32,000 nt of DNA from Candidatus Methylomirabilis oxygeniifera (GCA_000091165.1 FP565575.1:1230001-1262000), one strand, 5' to 3'; counted from the stretch's first letter, positions 19,754 through 28,986 are shown. Program-made: numbers and translations. The notes: generated by a model from the letters alone, not told the origin.

Positions 19754-20398
19754 TCACCGCTGGCCCACGCACTCTTCCTGGGCTGTCGCCGTGAGGTCAT
19801 CGAAAGGCGGGGTGATGTCTTTAACCGGTTCATGCCAACTGCTGCTGCGCGCCTTCTGAGTCCGGCGCAGTGAGATCCACGTCGCGCAGGTCCGACCGCT
19901 GTGAAGCCAGAGCCGCAACCCATTGCGCTCCGCGTCGATCTCCTGGGCCAAGGTATAGTCGTTATTCCTCGTTATCCCCTCCACGATTCCAGCCAGCAGA
20001 ATCCCGCCAGGCACGACCGCGATGGCGACTTTTTCCGCCGCCTGACGCGCATCCGATGGATCCGTATCGACTACGGGATGGGCCAACAGGTCGTGCCCGA
20101 TACTGTGGGCGATAAGTTGAGTCAACTCATCGTCGGACGCATCGTTGGCTGTTGCCTGACTGATATAGATAATACCCGGTGCGATATTCCATGCGGAGGC
20201 TCGGTCATCGCTCACAATCTGGAAGGTAAACGAACGTCTGGTGACACTGGATGGGAGAGTCTTCAGGAGCGTCTGCGCGCTTCGCTCTACACGAAGCCTC
20301 TCATCAGGAGCCGACACGACCGGCAGGCCGGCGCCTGTCCTACATGCGGTAAGCGCCACTACGGTGAGTAAGACGACTGATCGGAACCGACACTTCAT
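19754..20398 (-). CDS. M48-like lipoprotein with degenerate zinc/catalytic motif
   Basis: Lipobox VVALTACRTG; SAWNIAPGIIYISQ; HSIGHDLLAH at the HExxH position; AQEIDAERNGLRLW. Confidence 0.7.
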   Translation of the reverse strand: MKCRFRSVVLLTVVALTACRTGAGLPVVSAPDERLRVERSAQTLLKTLPSSVTRRSFTFQIVSDDRASAWNIAPGIIYISQATANDASDDELTQLIAHSIGHDLLAHPVVDTDPSDARQAAEKVAIAVVPGGILLAGIVEGITRNNDYTLAQEIDAERNGLRLWLHSGRTCATWISLRRTQKARSSSWHEPVKDITPPFDDLTATAQEECVGQR

Positions 20399-20406
20399 GG
20401 CTCACG

Positions 20407-21471
20407 CTACATCAGCCGCTCAATCAATCGTCGATGGGCATCACAACCCACAATCGCGCGGATCTCCTCAGCAGACGCTGTCGACCTACGGTGCAGGTAC
20501 TGCGCCTTCACTCTGGCGATTCGATCACACGACACCCGTATCCTCGCCTCCGACAGTCGCCCGATCTCTACAGCCTCAACTACGGCGCGGAGCGCCTGCC
20601 GCTGCGCCGTCTGGTCATGGCAAATCAGCACGAGATCGCCTCCGGCATCGAGGAACCGAACGGCCGCTTCACCGGGAGACGTGCTGTCGGCAATCCCCTG
20701 CATCAGGAGATCGTCACTGATCACCAGACCGTGAAAGCCCATCTGTTCTCGCAGCAGATCGGTCAGGATTCGTCGCGATAAGGTAGCCGGCTGTTCGTGG
20801 TCTAGAACAGGGATGAGCAGATGGGCCGTCATGAGCGCCGGAATGCCCGCGCTGATTGCGGCGGCGAATGGGACAAGCTCCTCCACTGAGAGCCTGTCCA
20901 TGTCGTGCGGTACGATCGGCAGCGCCAAGTGTGAGTCAACCGTCGTATCGCCGTGACCCGGGAAGTGCTTGCCGACCGCTATCACTCCCTGCGCCGTCAA
21001 CCCTCTAAAAAAAGCGATCCCATGCTGGGCCACCATGTGCGGGTCTGAACCATAGCTTCGTCCAGCCATGACCGGGTTTGCGGGATTCGTCAGGACATCG
21101 AGCACCGGCGCCATATTCATATTGATTCCCACCGCCATGAGCTCTCGGGCGATCGATCCGGCGATGGCGTGAGTCAGCTCCGTAGAACTCGCCGTCCCGA
21201 CGGCTTCGGCTGAGGGCCACTGCGTGAAAGGCGCCTGCAGGCGAGCCACCTTCCCTCCCTCCTGATCGATCGCGAAGAACAGCGGCGTTGACGAGACCTC
21301 TTGGAGTGAGTTCGTAAGCACCGCAATCTCTTCCGGGCTGCCAAGATTGCGCCCAAATAAAATTAAGCCGCCAGGAGTAAGATCTCGAACATACGCCTCA
21401 AGAGTCTGTGACGGCTGACTCCCTTCAAAGCCGAGAATGAAAAGCTGACCGATCGCCTCCTGCAGGGTCAT
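20407..21471 (-). CDS. nagZ: Beta-N-acetylhexosaminidase (GH3)
   Basis: From internal ATG: MTLQEAIGQLFILGFEG; FFAIDQEGGKVARLQAPF, VIAVGKHFPGHGDTTVDSHLALP, LVISDDLLMQGI, DLVLICHDQTAQRQA. Confidence 0.93.
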   Translation of the reverse strand: MTLQEAIGQLFILGFEGSQPSQTLEAYVRDLTPGGLILFGRNLGSPEEIAVLTNSLQEVSSTPLFFAIDQEGGKVARLQAPFTQWPSAEAVGTASSTELTHAIAGSIARELMAVGINMNMAPVLDVLTNPANPVMAGRSYGSDPHMVAQHGIAFFRGLTAQGVIAVGKHFPGHGDTTVDSHLALPIVPHDMDRLSVEELVPFAAAISAGIPALMTAHLLIPVLDHEQPATLSRRILTDLLREQMGFHGLVISDDLLMQGIADSTSPGEAAVRFLDAGGDLVLICHDQTAQRQALRAVVEAVEIGRLSEARIRVSCDRIARVKAQYLHRRSTASAEEIRAIVGCDAHRRLIERLM

Positions 21472-22256
21472 TGCGTCACCGCCTCCTTGTTGAGGAAAGC
21501 CTGCCGAAAGGCCTCCAGCTCCGTGGGTTGTATTTCCGGCCACGTATCCATCTGTTGGTAAAGACCTTTGGGATCAGACTGCACCTGATCGAAGAGCTTA
21601 CGGGTCGCCTCCACGATCATATTCACCCGCCGATCGATCAATCCGCCGATGACCGGCGCCAAGAGCTTCGTCATGACGTGAAAAAACGGATGATCAATTC
21701 GGAGGTAAAAGTCCGGCTCGCTGTCCATGAATGTTTGGCCTCCTTCTCGTATTTCGCGATAGCGCAGGATCAGCGCCATTCGACCGGTAAAGCGAATCAG
21801 ATGCGCAAGAGATCGGAACTCTCCCTGAAATCGATAGACACGTTGATCGCCGGTTGCAGCGACCAGCCTCGCGTCGCCTCGCAGGGCGCCACGGTCTTCG
21901 ATCGTGTAGACGCCTTCCCCGACCTGCGCAACGGTATAGCGTTCGAGGGGCGGATGCAGGCGCCTGGCCACTTGCGTCGCCAGTGGCGGATGCGCCACCA
22001 GGAACTCGTAGATACGGCGATCGCCGGCGAACCGAATCGGCGAAATCCGACGGCGCAGAGTCGGCTGCGCGATGATCTCACGGACCTCAGGATCCTCAAC
22101 GATCACACTGTCTTCACGCGCCGCCTCCGTCGGCGAGGCGAGAGCGGCAAACGCATTAGTCGCAACTGAGGCGCGAAGTGCAGGGTGCGGGATTCGAGGC
22201 ATCACAAGGCAACCAACGAATACCATGAGGCTCAAGCCAGGACGGGATATCAGCAC
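21468..22256 (-). CDS. Hypothetical exported protein, 262 aa
   Basis: Long uninterrupted ORF, N-terminal hydrophobic segment; 4-bp overlap with nagZ start and overlap with upstream methyltransferase indicates translational coupling. Confidence 0.7.
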   Translation of the reverse strand: MLISRPGLSLMVFVGCLVMPRIPHPALRASVATNAFAALASPTEAAREDSVIVEDPEVREIIAQPTLRRRISPIRFAGDRRIYEFLVAHPPLATQVARRLHPPLERYTVAQVGEGVYTIEDRGALRGDARLVAATGDQRVYRFQGEFRSLAHLIRFTGRMALILRYREIREGGQTFMDSEPDFYLRIDHPFFHVMTKLLAPVIGGLIDRRVNMIVEATRKLFDQVQSDPKGLYQQMDTWPEIQPTELEAFRQAFLNKEAVTQ

Positions 22257-22954
22257 GAATACCTATGGTCGGTGCGTCGGATGGCGGACGGGTGCGTTCG
22301 CATGAGGACATGAAAGAAGCCGTTCAGGCCCTCGCGTTCCTCTTCGATCGCCAGGATCTCGCACCACCGATGAAAGATCTCGGCGAAATCACGCTTAACG
22401 AAAAAGCGGTCATAGTGGTGGCGGTGGACGTACCAGTTGCGCGTCCGCCGCTCGCCGGGATAGTGTTTAAACCTGGTGCTGAACACCGTCAGGTGAAAGT
22501 AGCCACCAGGCTTTACAAGGCCCAGTACACGATCGAAATAGATTGGCCAGTCGGCCTTCTTGAGGTGATGGAATACTCCGCTGTCTACAAGCGCGTCGAA
22601 ACTACCCGGCTTCAAAGGCGGCATCAGCGCATCGCCCAGTAGAAGTCTGATCCGTGGAGTCAGGCGCTTCGTTTGCGCCCGTTGAGCGAGAGTCTTGAGG
22701 GGCGCAGCCAGATAGTCAAGACCGACAGTAAAGAGTCCGGCCTTGGCGAAGAGCAGCGTATGTCGTCCCTCGCCACAACCCAGGTCGAGCACCCGACCAC
22801 CCCCCTTATCGCGCTTCAGCAGATGCGCCAATCGGCCGACGGCCGGCGTCGGTTCAGTGGAAGGCCATGGTGTCGGACTGCCGGACTCATAGACCTGCGC
22901 AAAGAAGCCCCGCTGCCGCGTATACAGATCGCTGCGTGCTGGTACGCTACGCAT
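22250..22954 (-). CDS. Class I SAM-dependent methyltransferase
   Basis: GGGRVLDLGCGEGRHTLLFAKAGLFTVGLDY, DALVDSGVFHHLKKADWPIYFDRVLGLVKPGGYFHLTVFS. Confidence 0.88.
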   Translation of the reverse strand: MRSVPARSDLYTRQRGFFAQVYESGSPTPWPSTEPTPAVGRLAHLLKRDKGGGRVLDLGCGEGRHTLLFAKAGLFTVGLDYLAAPLKTLAQRAQTKRLTPRIRLLLGDALMPPLKPGSFDALVDSGVFHHLKKADWPIYFDRVLGLVKPGGYFHLTVFSTRFKHYPGERRTRNWYVHRHHYDRFFVKRDFAEIFHRWCEILAIEEEREGLNGFFHVLMRTHPSAIRRTDHRYSC

Positions 22955-22992
22955 CTCTCTACACCCTACACCCCGTCTTTGATGGGCCGCCC

Positions 22993-23622
22993 TTAATGCC
23001 GATGCCCGCCCTCGGTCAGACTCTTCAGATAGGCCACGAGGTCAATGAGTTGCTGGACGGTCATGGAGTCGTTGTAGCTGGGCATTTTCGTCTTGCCGTC
23101 AGGGCCGAGATACCCTTTGTGTTCGGCCTTGTGGTGTGTGATCCGCCAGGCTGCAGAGGCATTCGGATCGATGATCGTCTCGACGAAATACTCAGCAGGA
23201 TGCATCGCCCCCATCCCAGAGAGGGCAGACCCCACATCGCCCTGCTCGGCTTTGGGTGCGGGAAAGTCCTCACCAGACACTTCATGGCACTTGAAGCATT
23301 CAAAGTCGATAAAGACCTGCCGTCCGGCGTGATGATTTCCGGCCGGTACGGCGAATCGCCACCGTGGGGGGGTTACGAGACGAGGCTGTTGTGGGGCCGG
23401 ATCTTTCTGCTGCACGGTCTGCTGCGGGGGTGTGACCGTCGGATGATGGTGATGTCCGCTCTCCGGCGGGGGTTGATCGCTCCACACGTTGACGATCGAG
23501 AATAATAGAAGACCGCTCGTCAGAACAGCGCCCGCTATCACCATCCTGTATCCGAACACGTGACGCTCTACAAGCCTCACACCTTGTGTCTGACGCCTGA
23601 CCTCTCTCCTCGTTACCGGCAT
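22993..23622 (-). CDS. Membrane-anchored c-type cytochrome with His/Pro/Gln-rich linker
   Basis: N-terminal anchor VIAGAVLTSGLLLFSIVNVW; GHHHHPTVTPPQQTVQQKDPAPQQP; heme motif CFKCH; KMPSYNDSMTVQQLIDLVAYLKSL; internal start used. Confidence 0.8.
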   Translation of the reverse strand: MPVTRREVRRQTQGVRLVERHVFGYRMVIAGAVLTSGLLLFSIVNVWSDQPPPESGHHHHPTVTPPQQTVQQKDPAPQQPRLVTPPRWRFAVPAGNHHAGRQVFIDFECFKCHEVSGEDFPAPKAEQGDVGSALSGMGAMHPAEYFVETIIDPNASAAWRITHHKAEHKGYLGPDGKTKMPSYNDSMTVQQLIDLVAYLKSLTEGGHRH

Positions 23623-23671
23623 TACGTCGCTCCTTCCCACTCTGAAGATACCTCCTCGTTGCGAGGAAGAC

Positions 23672-24268
23672 TCACAAAACAAAGACCCACACTGTGCCCT
23701 TCCATCGTGTGAGCCCACGCTCAGCGGTCAGCTTGAGCCCGACCCGATAGGGCGCCTCGATCGACTTGCTTCCTGATGCTATCGGCTTACCGTCTTTCGT
23801 GATGGCCATGACCGTAATCCGAATCGTGCTGTTGGCTTCGATGATTGTGGGCTCCGTTGACGACGCGTCTCGATCGATCTTCACCCCGATTACATGCGGG
23901 ATACTCTCTGCCGTAATGAAGGTCCCCTCTGTCCAGACCACCCGAATAGCGGAGGTGGTAGGATTGGAGAGCGTAAGTTGTACCTCGGCCCATTCGGCCT
24001 TCGCTCGATCAATCGTAAACGGTGCGGCACCCATCCCGCGGGCCGGCTGAACCGTCACCTCGTGCTTGAACGGAGTGAACCTAATCGGTGACTTCAGCGT
24101 TCTGAACTCAGGCGGGAGGAACTGACACCCTGACAGCAGTAGCAGCCCCACTAATCCCGGAACGCTCACTACCCTCAATAGGACTCTGTTACCCAAACGC
24201 TCGACCTCCTCCTCTGCTCTGCCTTCACTGCGTCCGCCGCCCGTCAAAGGCTGCTCCATATCGTTCAA
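23672..24268 (-). CDS. Hypothetical lipoprotein (5' boundary uncertain, overlaps radC end)
   Basis: Lipobox LVGLLLLSGCQF; beta-rich C-terminal region. Confidence 0.65.
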   Translation of the reverse strand: MNDMEQPLTGGGRSEGRAEEEVERLGNRVLLRVVSVPGLVGLLLLSGCQFLPPEFRTLKSPIRFTPFKHEVTVQPARGMGAAPFTIDRAKAEWAEVQLTLSNPTTSAIRVVWTEGTFITAESIPHVIGVKIDRDASSTEPTIIEANSTIRITVMAITKDGKPIASGSKSIEAPYRVGLKLTAERGLTRWKGTVWVFVL

Positions 24269-24962
24269 TCAGTCCTTCGTCGGCAAAGCTGTAATAGCAC
24301 CCATCACCGATAATCACATGATCCAGGACACCGATCTTCAGTAACCGCCCCATGACAACCAGCTCCTCAGTCAGCGACTTGTCTGCCTGGCTCGGGCGCG
24401 GGTTGCCCGAGGGGTGGTTATGCGCAACGATCAGGGCGACCGCCTGGTGCCGGTTGGCGAGGTTCACCAGGTTCCGGAGGTAGACCGGGCTTTCCGTCAG
24501 TGACCCCTCCGAGGCAGTGACGTTCTCCAACACCTCGTTATTGCCGTTGAGCAAGAGCACCTTGAAGACCTCTTTGGCCAGGCCCTGCATCTGCGGTCGC
24601 AGCCACTCATAGACCTCTTTCGATGAGGTCACGGCTCCCAGGACCTTTTTCTCTTCGGCCATCAGTCGGCGGCCCAACTCCAAGCCGGCCTTAAGCTGGG
24701 CGATCTTCGCGAGACCCAGCCCTTTCGCCTCTTGCAGCTCCTCTACGCTCTTGCGATCCAACTCGCGCAATCCTCCGGATTTTTCCAACAGGCTTCTGGC
24801 CAGCTCCACAGCGCTCTGGCCGCCGGTCCCGGTGCGCAGCAGAATCGCGAGCAGTTCCGCCGTCGTGAGTGCGCCCGATCCATGCTGGAGCAGCCGCTCC
24901 CGCGGACGCTCCTCCACCGGCCACGCCTTGATCGCTGAAGTATACCGTTGCTTTAGCCCCAT
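24225..24962 (-). CDS. radC: RadC family JAB/MPN domain protein
   Basis: RPRERLLQHGSGALTTAELLAILLRTG, ALIVAHNHPSGNPRPSQADKSLTEELVVMGRLLKIGVLDHVIIGDGCYYSFADEGLI. Confidence 0.95.
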   Translation of the reverse strand: MGLKQRYTSAIKAWPVEERPRERLLQHGSGALTTAELLAILLRTGTGGQSAVELARSLLEKSGGLRELDRKSVEELQEAKGLGLAKIAQLKAGLELGRRLMAEEKKVLGAVTSSKEVYEWLRPQMQGLAKEVFKVLLLNGNNEVLENVTASEGSLTESPVYLRNLVNLANRHQAVALIVAHNHPSGNPRPSQADKSLTEELVVMGRLLKIGVLDHVIIGDGCYYSFADEGLIERYGAAFDGRRTQ

Positions 24963-25037
24963 GCCCCTTCCGCTCCGCTATCTTCTACCCTCTCTCCCCC
25001 AACCCTGTCAAGCCAAAGCCTTGGAGTCGCGCTTAAA

Positions 25038-26273
25038 TCAGATGATCGAGGTGACCAGCAACAGGAGCGTGAGCACGACCATCAGGAAAACGGTCCCCCA
25101 GGCGATCAGGTTGTAGGCCGGTGAGTTCACCCACTCGCCCATGATCCTCCGGTCGTTGATCAGCAGGAGCATAAAAATCAGGACAGCCGGAAGCAAAATG
25201 CCGTTTAAGGTCTGGGAGAGATACATGATAGTGATGAGCGGCGCCTTGGGCCAGAGAATCAGCAGCGCGCCGGCGCCCACCATGCTGAGGTAGATGCTGA
25301 AGAACCCGGGCGCCTCGCGAAAGGTTCGATTGATGCCCGTGTCCCAGCCCAGCCCCTCGCAGACCGCATAGGCCGTGGAGAGGGGGACGATGGCCGCGGA
25401 AAAGATGGACGCGTTCAACAGGCCTAGCGCAAAGAGGAGCGTCGCGTACCGACCCGCGAACGGTTCGATCGCCATGGCGGCCTGTTCGGCCGTCTCGATC
25501 CGAACCCCGTGCGTGTTGAGAGTGGCTCCGCATGCTACGATGATAAAGAACGCCACGGCCGACGCGACGAGACTACCAATCCAGACATCGAGCTTGACGT
25601 AGCCGTACGCCTGGCGTCGAACGCCCTTATCGACGATCGACGCTTGGATGTAAAACTGCATCCAGGGCGCGATCGTGGTTCCCACGAGGGTGATAATCAT
25701 CGTGAGATAATCGCGCTCGATATGGAAGGTGGGCCTGACCGTCTGGCGCAGGACGGAAGACCAATTGGGACCGACGAGAAAGGCCGATATCAGATAGACG
25801 GCATAGAAGAGGCTGGCGCCGAGGAAGATCCTCTCTACGAGGCGATACGTCCCTTTCACCACCAGCCAGCCAACCAGGAGCGCAGCGAGCGGTACGGTCG
25901 CATAGCGACTCCAGCCGAAGATCTCCAGGCTCGCCGCCACGCCCGCGAATTCGGAGACCGTATTGACCAGATTCGCCAGCACCAGCACCCCCATCACGCC
26001 AAACGTCACCCGGACCCCAAATCGCTCGCGGATCAGCTCGGCCAGCCCTTTGCCCGTCACGACTCCCATCCGTGAGCCCATCTCCTGAACGATGGCGAGG
26101 GCGATGGCGATGAAGATGAGCGACCAGAGCAGACCATAGCCGAACTGGGCGCCGGCAAGGGAGTAGGTCGTAATCCCCCCGGCGTCCTGATCGACGCTGG
26201 CGGTAATGATCCCCGGGCCCATGATGGCCAAGAATTGGAGGATCCGCCGCTTCCTGATCCGCGAAAGCCGCAT
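25038..26273 (-). CDS. NRAMP-related divalent cation transporter of the non-canonical motif type
   Basis: MGPGIITASVDQDAGGITTYSLAGAQFGYG, MGVVTGKGLAELIRERFG, GTTIAPWMQFYIQASIVDKGV; about 11 hydrophobic segments. Confidence 0.88.
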   Translation of the reverse strand: MRLSRIRKRRILQFLAIMGPGIITASVDQDAGGITTYSLAGAQFGYGLLWSLIFIAIALAIVQEMGSRMGVVTGKGLAELIRERFGVRVTFGVMGVLVLANLVNTVSEFAGVAASLEIFGWSRYATVPLAALLVGWLVVKGTYRLVERIFLGASLFYAVYLISAFLVGPNWSSVLRQTVRPTFHIERDYLTMIITLVGTTIAPWMQFYIQASIVDKGVRRQAYGYVKLDVWIGSLVASAVAFFIIVACGATLNTHGVRIETAEQAAMAIEPFAGRYATLLFALGLLNASIFSAAIVPLSTAYAVCEGLGWDTGINRTFREAPGFFSIYLSMVGAGALLILWPKAPLITIMYLSQTLNGILLPAVLIFMLLLINDRRIMGEWVNSPAYNLIAWGTVFLMVVLTLLLLVTSII

Positions 26274-26297
26274 TGAGTGTCCTGGGTGGTGAAACGG

Positions 26298-27575
26298 CTA
26301 GATGTACTTTTTGGCTGCCCGCTGTTTCCATATCATCGGAAGGAGCAGGTTCAGGACGTCATCGACGGTGATGATCCCTCGCAGCTCCCCCCCCTCATCT
26401 ACTACCGGCACGGCCATCAGGTTGTACTTGGTAAAGGTCTCGGTGACCTCGCGCAGGCCGGTCTCCGGCCGAACACTGATGATCTGCCGCTCCATGATCT
26501 CACTAAGCCGCTGGCTCGGGTCGGCCAGGATCAGCTCCCGGAGGCTCAGCACCCCTAAGAGTCGATCCAGGTCGTCCGTCACGTAGATGTAATAGATCGT
26601 CTCGGCCTCGGCACTCTCAGTAGAGCGGAGCCGACCAATCGCGTCAACCATGGTGAGGTCAGCCGGCAGAGTAAACACCTCGGTGGTCATGAGCCCGCCG
26701 GCAGTGTCTTCCTCGTGTGTGAGCAGCTCGACGACCTCCTGGGCCTCCTCTTTCTCCATCGTCTCCAGGAGCTCCTGCGCTTTCGCTTCCGGGAGATCGC
26801 TCAGAATGTCCGCCGCCTCATCCGGCTCCATGCGCTCCAGGATGTCGGCAGCCTGCTCGCTTTCCATCATCTGGACCATTGAGGTCTGGACCTCCGGCTC
26901 CGTCTCGGTCAACGTCTCAGCGGCGGTCTCTTCGTCTAATGATGCCAGCACGGTCGCACGTTCACTCGGGCTCAGCTCTTCGATAATGTCGGCGATATCG
27001 GCAGGATGAAGCTTCGCCAATTTGGCATACGCCGCGCGGTGTTTGGCCTTCGTAAGCTCTGTCTCGACCGGTTCGACCACCTCCCAGGCGACCGTCTCGC
27101 GCTCCAACCGCACATCGAACAGACGCTCAAGCTGCTCAATACGGGCATCGGATACGAGGTGTCGTAAGAGGCTACGAAGGCCGCCCTCCACCGCCACCAG
27201 TTGCAGCCGTCCTTGCGTCTCCTGGAACTCAAGGTCATTGACCCGGATCACCTTGTGGCGCTTGGTGTCCACAACCTTTCGATCGACAAGTGTCTTTCCT
27301 AACCCCATCTCTTCGGCTCGCGGCTCGACCGACTCAAGCGCCTCGCGCTTGGAAGACAGGTACATCACCGCCGGCTCATGCTCCAGACGCGCGACGGCCT
27401 CCCACGGCAGGATCAGCTCCTCTTTCTCAGATGTCAGGACGACGAGCTTCGTCACCGGAGGGAGAATCCCCAGTGGTAAGAGAATCAGGTCTTTGAGGCG
27501 ACCCACCAGCCGACCTCCGGCATCCATCACCGGACAATATCGCAACGTGGAGAAAAGGAGAGGCATGGGTTTCAT
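26298..27575 (-). CDS. MgtE_N + two CBS domain protein with N-terminal PRC-barrel-like region; no membrane domain
   Basis: KLHPADIADIIEELSPSERATVLASLDEETAAETL, EVVELLTHEEDTAGGLMTTEVFTLP, LLGVLSLRELILADP, AVPVVDEGGELRGIITVDDVLNLL; ends in soluble sequence. Confidence 0.88.
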   Translation of the reverse strand: MKPMPLLFSTLRYCPVMDAGGRLVGRLKDLILLPLGILPPVTKLVVLTSEKEELILPWEAVARLEHEPAVMYLSSKREALESVEPRAEEMGLGKTLVDRKVVDTKRHKVIRVNDLEFQETQGRLQLVAVEGGLRSLLRHLVSDARIEQLERLFDVRLERETVAWEVVEPVETELTKAKHRAAYAKLAKLHPADIADIIEELSPSERATVLASLDEETAAETLTETEPEVQTSMVQMMESEQAADILERMEPDEAADILSDLPEAKAQELLETMEKEEAQEVVELLTHEEDTAGGLMTTEVFTLPADLTMVDAIGRLRSTESAEAETIYYIYVTDDLDRLLGVLSLRELILADPSQRLSEIMERQIISVRPETGLREVTETFTKYNLMAVPVVDEGGELRGIITVDDVLNLLLPMIWKQRAAKKYI

Positions 27576-27713
27576 ACGGTCTCCGTCCTGTCCTTGTAAT
27601 ATGAATAGGACCCGTTGTCAACCGTATTTCCACCTGTCATGCCGCCTCTCAATCGGCCACTGGGAACGCCTTGAGCAGGCGTGTAAGGAAGAGGGGGGCC
27701 GCGCTCCAACCCT

Positions 27714-28337
27714 TCATACCTGACCGCTTCGTATGCCTTTACGGATGAGTGCATTGAGGGTGGACGAGTGTGCAATCTCTTTTTTATAGATGAGCGGATC
27801 GGCTTGGAAGCGTTTCTGGATGTAGGCATCCACTCGACCCTTTAACTCGTACGGCAACGGCCTATCATCACCTGTAGCCTGGGACGTATCAGCCGGATCG
27901 CCGTACATCGGATGATGCTTCCTGAGTGCTGCAGCCGCTTGCTCCGGTGTTTGACCCTCTCCAGACCCTTTCAAACAAATGGCGTACCGCTGGAGTCCAT
28001 CAACCTTTTCTATCAGTACTCGCTCAATGGCAGGGAGATTCCACCACCACCGTATGTCTGAATCGGTCACGCCTTCCTGCCTCTTCATGGCAAACTGTTC
28101 TTTCACGGACGGATCTGTCGATTCTCGTAGAAGCAACTGATCGCCATAATCCTGAGGCGTGTCGGCTGCTCCTGATCGCTTCAACTCCTCTTTCGCGTCA
28201 CGGATCATGTCTCGAGCGGTGCGTCGCGCCTCACTGGCCGATATTCCCATCATCGACTGAAACATCTGAGCATGAGTGTCCTCAAGCTGGCGTTCGTAAT
28301 CTGACTGGCTTGAAAACAGACCGGATAGGAAGCCCAT
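27714..28337 (-). CDS. Hypothetical protein, 207 aa
   Basis: Single long ORF with plausible composition: MGFLSGLFSSQSDYERQLEDTHAQMFQSMMGISASEARRTARDMIRDAKEELKR. Confidence 0.6.
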   Translation of the reverse strand: MGFLSGLFSSQSDYERQLEDTHAQMFQSMMGISASEARRTARDMIRDAKEELKRSGAADTPQDYGDQLLLRESTDPSVKEQFAMKRQEGVTDSDIRWWWNLPAIERVLIEKVDGLQRYAICLKGSGEGQTPEQAAAALRKHHPMYGDPADTSQATGDDRPLPYELKGRVDAYIQKRFQADPLIYKKEIAHSSTLNALIRKGIRSGQV

Positions 28338-28695
28338 GGGTAACCCTCCCGATGGTTTTTACCAACCCACAACGACATTGTCTACAGCATACCATACCGA
28401 AAAGGCGACAAACTGTTGAGCATGCTGACCGGCAGAGTATGCAGGTACAGCGCGAACCTTTCTACATGATTTTCGCTTCGATTCACACACTTGTCAACTG
28501 TATCCCCAACGCGGGTATTTCCACCTGTGATTCCACATCTCAATTGTCCCACGGGAAGGCCTTCCATGAGGTGCGATACCACGGCCGGGAAGATGGGGGT
28601 AGTGGAGGTCTTGAAGAAATACGGACGTCTCTCTCAGTGAACAGGCTCGACGTCAGGATAGGTACGGTTTCGGTTGCGGAGCGGCAACCGGACGG

Positions 28696-28986
28696 TTACG
28701 CTACTCCATCGATCACAACAATGTTGGTCGTCGCGCTCTGCCGGCGTAGGCCTCTCGCCTCACGATACTCCGGAGACTCGAGCCACTGCTTCGCGCGAGC
28801 AACATCTGGACACTCCAGGATCACCAGGCGGTTGGGCACCCAATCGCCCTCCAGCGTCTCGGTCCGACCCCCACGCGCCACACAGCTGCCGCCATATGCG
28901 GTAAGGGCGTGTGGCGCCAGTTGCGTGTACCGTTCGAAGCCGACCGGATCGGTCACCTCAATATCGAGAATCATGTACGCTGCCAT
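28696..28986 (-). CDS. DUF1330-like (dimeric alpha-beta barrel) protein
   Basis: MAAYMILDIEVTDPVGFERYTQLAPHALTAYGGSCVARGGRTETLEGDWVPNRLVILECPDVARAKQWLESPEYREARGLRR. Confidence 0.9.
   Translation of the reverse strand: MAAYMILDIEVTDPVGFERYTQLAPHALTAYGGSCVARGGRTETLEGDWVPNRLVILECPDVARAKQWLESPEYREARGLRRQSATTNIVVIDGVA

Noticed and set aside
25509-26075. 188-aa plus-strand ORF, and similar ORFs at 25033..25533 (-), 25627..26331 (-), 27022..27723 (+)
   Set aside because: Overlap the well-supported NRAMP-like and MgtE_N-CBS genes in other frames
28671-28690. Short inverted repeat CGGTTGC...GCAACCG
   Set aside because: Short stem with no second copy noted; insufficient to call an attC or terminator
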